64,000 nucleotides of DNA from Vicugna vicugna (Eukaryota). The notes under the pieces were generated by a model. That model was not told where the DNA came from and ran no database searches. It was given only the letters and a program-made list of their open reading frames with translations. A program made the position numbers and the translations under genes. The DNA is taken from positions 186,001 to 250,000 of the forward strand of contig MU058687.1 in the NCBI GenBank assembly GCA_013265495.1, given 5' to 3'. Positions 60,370 to 64,000 of this stretch are shown here, piece after piece (position 1 is the stretch's first letter; each line of letters begins with the position of its first letter).

Positions 60370-62050
60370 ATATGCAGGGTCGAGACAAAACCCGGGCTCC
60401 CGAGTTCCGCACAAGCACCACCAAACGCAGCGCAAGGTGAGGCGGCGGGAGCGCTCTGCAGGCCGCAGCGGCGCGGGGCGTGCGGGGGCGGGCGAGAGAT
60501 GACAGGTCTGAGGTGCGCCAGCAGCCGGCAGTGCCGGGGTGCGCGGGGTGAGGCCGGCCCGCCTGCCCTAAACGCTCCAGCTTAGGCCTCTACTGCACTG
60601 GCCCGATTCCCTGCCACTCCTGCGCCTCTGTGCCCCAGACTCCCGGCGCTGGCGCAGTATCCACGACCGGTGCACACGGGAAGGAGAAGGGGCTCCTGCG
60701 CCAAGTTTCAGTAGCTCGCGAACCCCTCCGGCGCCTCCCGGATCCGGGCTGGATCATGCAAGCTGGTCCCTGAGGACACCACGTTTCGCTCAGGCGGAGG
60801 AGGAGCCGCCGTATTCCTGAGCCGCCGCCGCCGCCGCCGCCGCGGGCCCCGCGGGTTGGGAGGGTTTTCCTGCCCGGGCCGCGCCCGGGTGGGCGGGAGC
60901 CGCGCGCGAGCTGCGTAGCTGCACAAACACGGCGGGTTGGCGCTGCACACGCAGCTGCTGGCCAGGGGTGCGGGCCGCCGAGGGGCGGACGACAGGGCTG
61001 CAAACGCACGTACACACGCACGCGCTCCCCTCACCGCCCAGGCCACCGAAGTTGACGCGCCGCGGCCCAGCAGCCCCAAGCCCCCGCTCCGGGCCGCGCC
61101 TGCAGAGCTGCAGCCCGCGCGCCCCGCCGCCACCGCTTGCGCTCAGCTCGGGGTCCCTTGGCTGCTGCCGCGGCCGCCAGGGCGGGCTCTGCGCCGAGCC
61201 GCGTGCAGGCCTCAGCCACCGGCCGGGCAGCCCCACTTACCCTGCTCCTGCTCGAGCTCCAGCATCGGCTGTCCTCTTTCCGCCGCAGGCCGCCGCCTTC
61301 GGGTCGCCTCCCAGGCTACTGCCGCCTGCACGCACTCCCGATTTTGAAAACAAACAGGCGCCGCCGCCTCCCCGCGGCGCTCGCACGGCTTCCGCCAGCC
61401 CGCGCCTCCAAAGGCTGGGAAGTTTGCTGGCAGGGCCCGGGCGGGACGCGCGGGCTGTCACCCCTCGCTCGTGGCTCAGGAGCCTCGACGCAGCCCGCGC
61501 CCGTAGTGTCCGCCTCGCGATTGCTCTCCCTCCCTCCGTGTCACCCCCAGTCCTGCGATGCAGTGTCAGGATTGCACTGCTCTGACTCATCGGTTGAGCT
61601 CACAGCTTGAAAAAAAGAGAGAGAGAGGGCGAGAGGCAACAGCGAAGGAGGAGGACTCTCTGGCGTGCTACAAAGGATTGCACAACTCGGGGCTGGGAGC
61701 GCGGAGCGCCCAGCGGCCGGCCGGCGCGCGCGGCACGGCGGCGAGCAGGAACCAGCTCTACCACTTCATCAGCACAACTGTCTCGGGTCGGCCTCTCCGC
61801 CAGCAGGCCCGGCGCCGCCCACTTCCTGCGACCAAATAAGGCTGGGGAAGGCGTCTTCAAACCTCCGGCGGCTGCCGGGGCTGGGGATTTCCAGCAGACC
61901 TTACCTCCACTCCCAAGTCAGTCGCCACCCTCCCCCAGCCCAGGCAGGCGCCCCCGTGGGCTTTGCTGGAACCAACAGGCCACGCGGCTCTTTCCTTTCA
62001 CACCAAGGTCAGGAGGAGACGGTGACGAAATGTTTGGAAACCCATCGGGC
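60370..62050 (-). promoter_or_regulatory. MIDEAS: MIDEAS CpG island promoter
   Basis: Very dense CpG; (GCC)7 at ~60821-60842; AP-1 61583-61589; Ets 61820-61828; CArG 61832-61841. Confidence 0.88.
61241..61650 (-). other. MIDEAS: Putative non-coding first exon of MIDEAS (5' end uncertain)
   Basis: Perfect donor GCAG|GTAAGT at 61241/61240 on the minus strand inside the CpG island; would splice to the acceptor at 42653. Confidence 0.7.
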
Positions 62051-63929
62051 CTGCCAGGAAAGTATGTGTGTGATGTTGGGGAAGACACAAGTCGCTTTCT
62101 TCCACAAAGAAAACTCTGGTTTTGGATACGGTAAAGCATGCACAATCCTCTCCCAGACGCTTTTATTAAGTCTCCCCAACTTTTACTTTCTGGCTCATCA
62201 GCATCCTAGTGGTGTGAAAGTTGTTGAGAAACTAGTCCCAGCCCGCATAAAAGACCCATATCTCAATTACTTAGGTGATACAAAGCTCTTGGGTTTAGTT
62301 CTAGCAACTGAGGCCAGAATTGGGCAGCTTTTCACTGCATGCCTACATTTCCCCTACCTTCCCTACTATCCCCACGCCTCCTCACTTCTTCAGAAGATGA
62401 GAAACATTTCTGCTACTCAAGAGGTCCTCGCTGCCCCCCACCTTCAATGAGGCTCCAGAGGCAGGAGAAAGTCCAGAGGAGGGAGCCCTTTTTTCCTGGT
62501 TCCTTTCATTTGTTTTTGTTTTTTGTTCTTCCCAAGGAGATGGGTCAAAAGGAGGTTTTCCTTGGAAGGAAAACCATGAAAGAACACACTGTGTCCTGGC
62601 ACCTGCTTTTTCCCTGTGGCCAGTCCTGAGAAGCAGGTGCATCCCTTGCTTCCTCAGGGGAAGGGGAGGGCAGCAGAATATGATTCTCACAGCCCCTCTG
62701 AGCCTGCAGGGCAAGGAGCTACCCCACAGCACCCCTCCTGCAGCCCCCAGTGAATGACAAAGACAACACTGATACCTTCTGCCTTGAAATCTTCAAAAAC
62801 CCACACTTGCTTCTACGGGGCATGACCTTCCTGTCCTCTTCCACCCCTTTGCTGGTGGGAGCACCTAGCTACATCTGGAGCTCACACCTCACCCAGGAGG
62901 AAAAGGGTTTATTTGCACCTTGGTGTGACAGATATGTCACAGTAATGACAACTTAGTCTTATCTGCAAAAGAAAGATAATTATGCCAGGGGACTGGATCA
63001 GATGACCTCTGAAAATTCCTTCCAGTTTCAAATCCATGATTCTGTAATGATAAAAAATGAATGGAAGAGCCAGGGAAACCACCTCCAACAAAGAAAAGCT
63101 CAGGCTCTCAGATTTAGCATCTGCTCTGACAGTATTGTTCCTGAAAATTCTCAAAGGATGTCCCCACACACAGCCTACTTAACAACCCTGTGTGTGAGAG
63201 AATTTCATCCCACTCATATTAAGGTTCAGAGAGGTTGAGTGATTTGCACAAGATCACAAGGCAACCTAGTGGTTCATCACCTCTCTGTTCCTCTTCCCAT
63301 CTCCCCCAGGAAAGACAGTCAGCAGTTGAGGGACTGGGGTACTCAGGCATGCAGACCCCTGAGTAGAGGCTAGACTCTCAGGATTCCTGGCAGGGGCTTA
63401 GTCTAAAGCCTTTTTGTTTCTTCCATTTGTCTGAGTTTTTTTCCTTCTCTCTGACACCTCATCAAAGTGAGGAAAGCAAAAGCAAAGCCACTTGGTCCCC
63501 CGTGCACTGCTGCCAGGTTTCTCTGCAGACCTGCAGCCATACTGACCTCCAGCTAGGGTCTGGCCCCCAAAGCGAGGCCCGGAGAGCCAGTGCAGACCAG
63601 CCCAGGGATGTTCCCCACCAAGCAGAAACCCGCCTGGGGTGCACATTCCTAGAAGAGCCTGCCACCATGGAGCCAGGGCCCAGCCTCCAGGGAACAAGTG
63701 GGAGTCACTCCAAAGGGCACTCCTCAGCCTTTTGCCGCCAGGACTTCCTCCCTGTCCCACGCTGGGCTGCTGGGCCTGGCCCAGGAAGTCGCACAGGGAG
63801 TAGAGGTAGGTGGCAGGATGCATGAGAAATAGAGTCGGTGACCTGAAACAGCCCTGCTCATCTTGGAGCAGCTCATGCCTTCACCCCAACTAAAATTCCA
63901 AATTCAGGCCACCTCAGAGAGGGAGAAGG

Positions 63930-63933
63930 AGTG

Positions 63934-63966
<33 letters not shown>
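63930..63966. repeat. (GT)n microsatellite
   Basis: Direct sequence. Confidence 0.95.
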
Positions 63967-64000
63967 AGAGAAGGAGGGCTCAAGACTGTCCCAGATGGCC

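Noticed and set aside
60590..62450. Many overlapping 100-260 aa ORFs
   Set aside because: CpG-island artefacts on both strands with low-complexity composition.
1..64000. CRISPR arrays, rRNA or prokaryotic-type systems
   Set aside because: None seen; spliceosomal introns and mammalian repeats occur throughout.

Overview
Mammalian genomic DNA. It is probably from a camelid, judging by five copies of a short tRNA-derived SINE resembling the tylopod vic-1 family. Gene order matches the DNAL1-PNMA1-MIDEAS region of human 14q24.3. Left (AT-rich): the last three coding exons of DNAL1 (+) and a long putative 3' UTR. Middle: the intronless domesticated Ty3/gypsy gag gene PNMA1 (-, 353 aa) with its CpG island. 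Right (GC-rich): the complete coding region of MIDEAS/ELMSAN1 (-), with 12 coding exons whose GT-AG sites and phases all join in frame (1106 aa spliced), plus a non-coding first exon in a CpG island at ~60.4-62.0 kb. The rest is L1, L2, MIR, hAT and SINE repeats, microsatellites and one 76-N gap. I found no wholly new gene system. The best leads are: a stop codon inside the last MIDEAS splice donor that toggles a C2H2 zinc finger, an Ets+CArG serum response element at the MIDEAS promoter paired with a MAPK-docking-like motif in the protein, uORFs and possible read-through at PNMA1, and a compound trinucleotide repeat. Gene and repeat names come from recognition, not database searches, and repeat boundaries are approximate.
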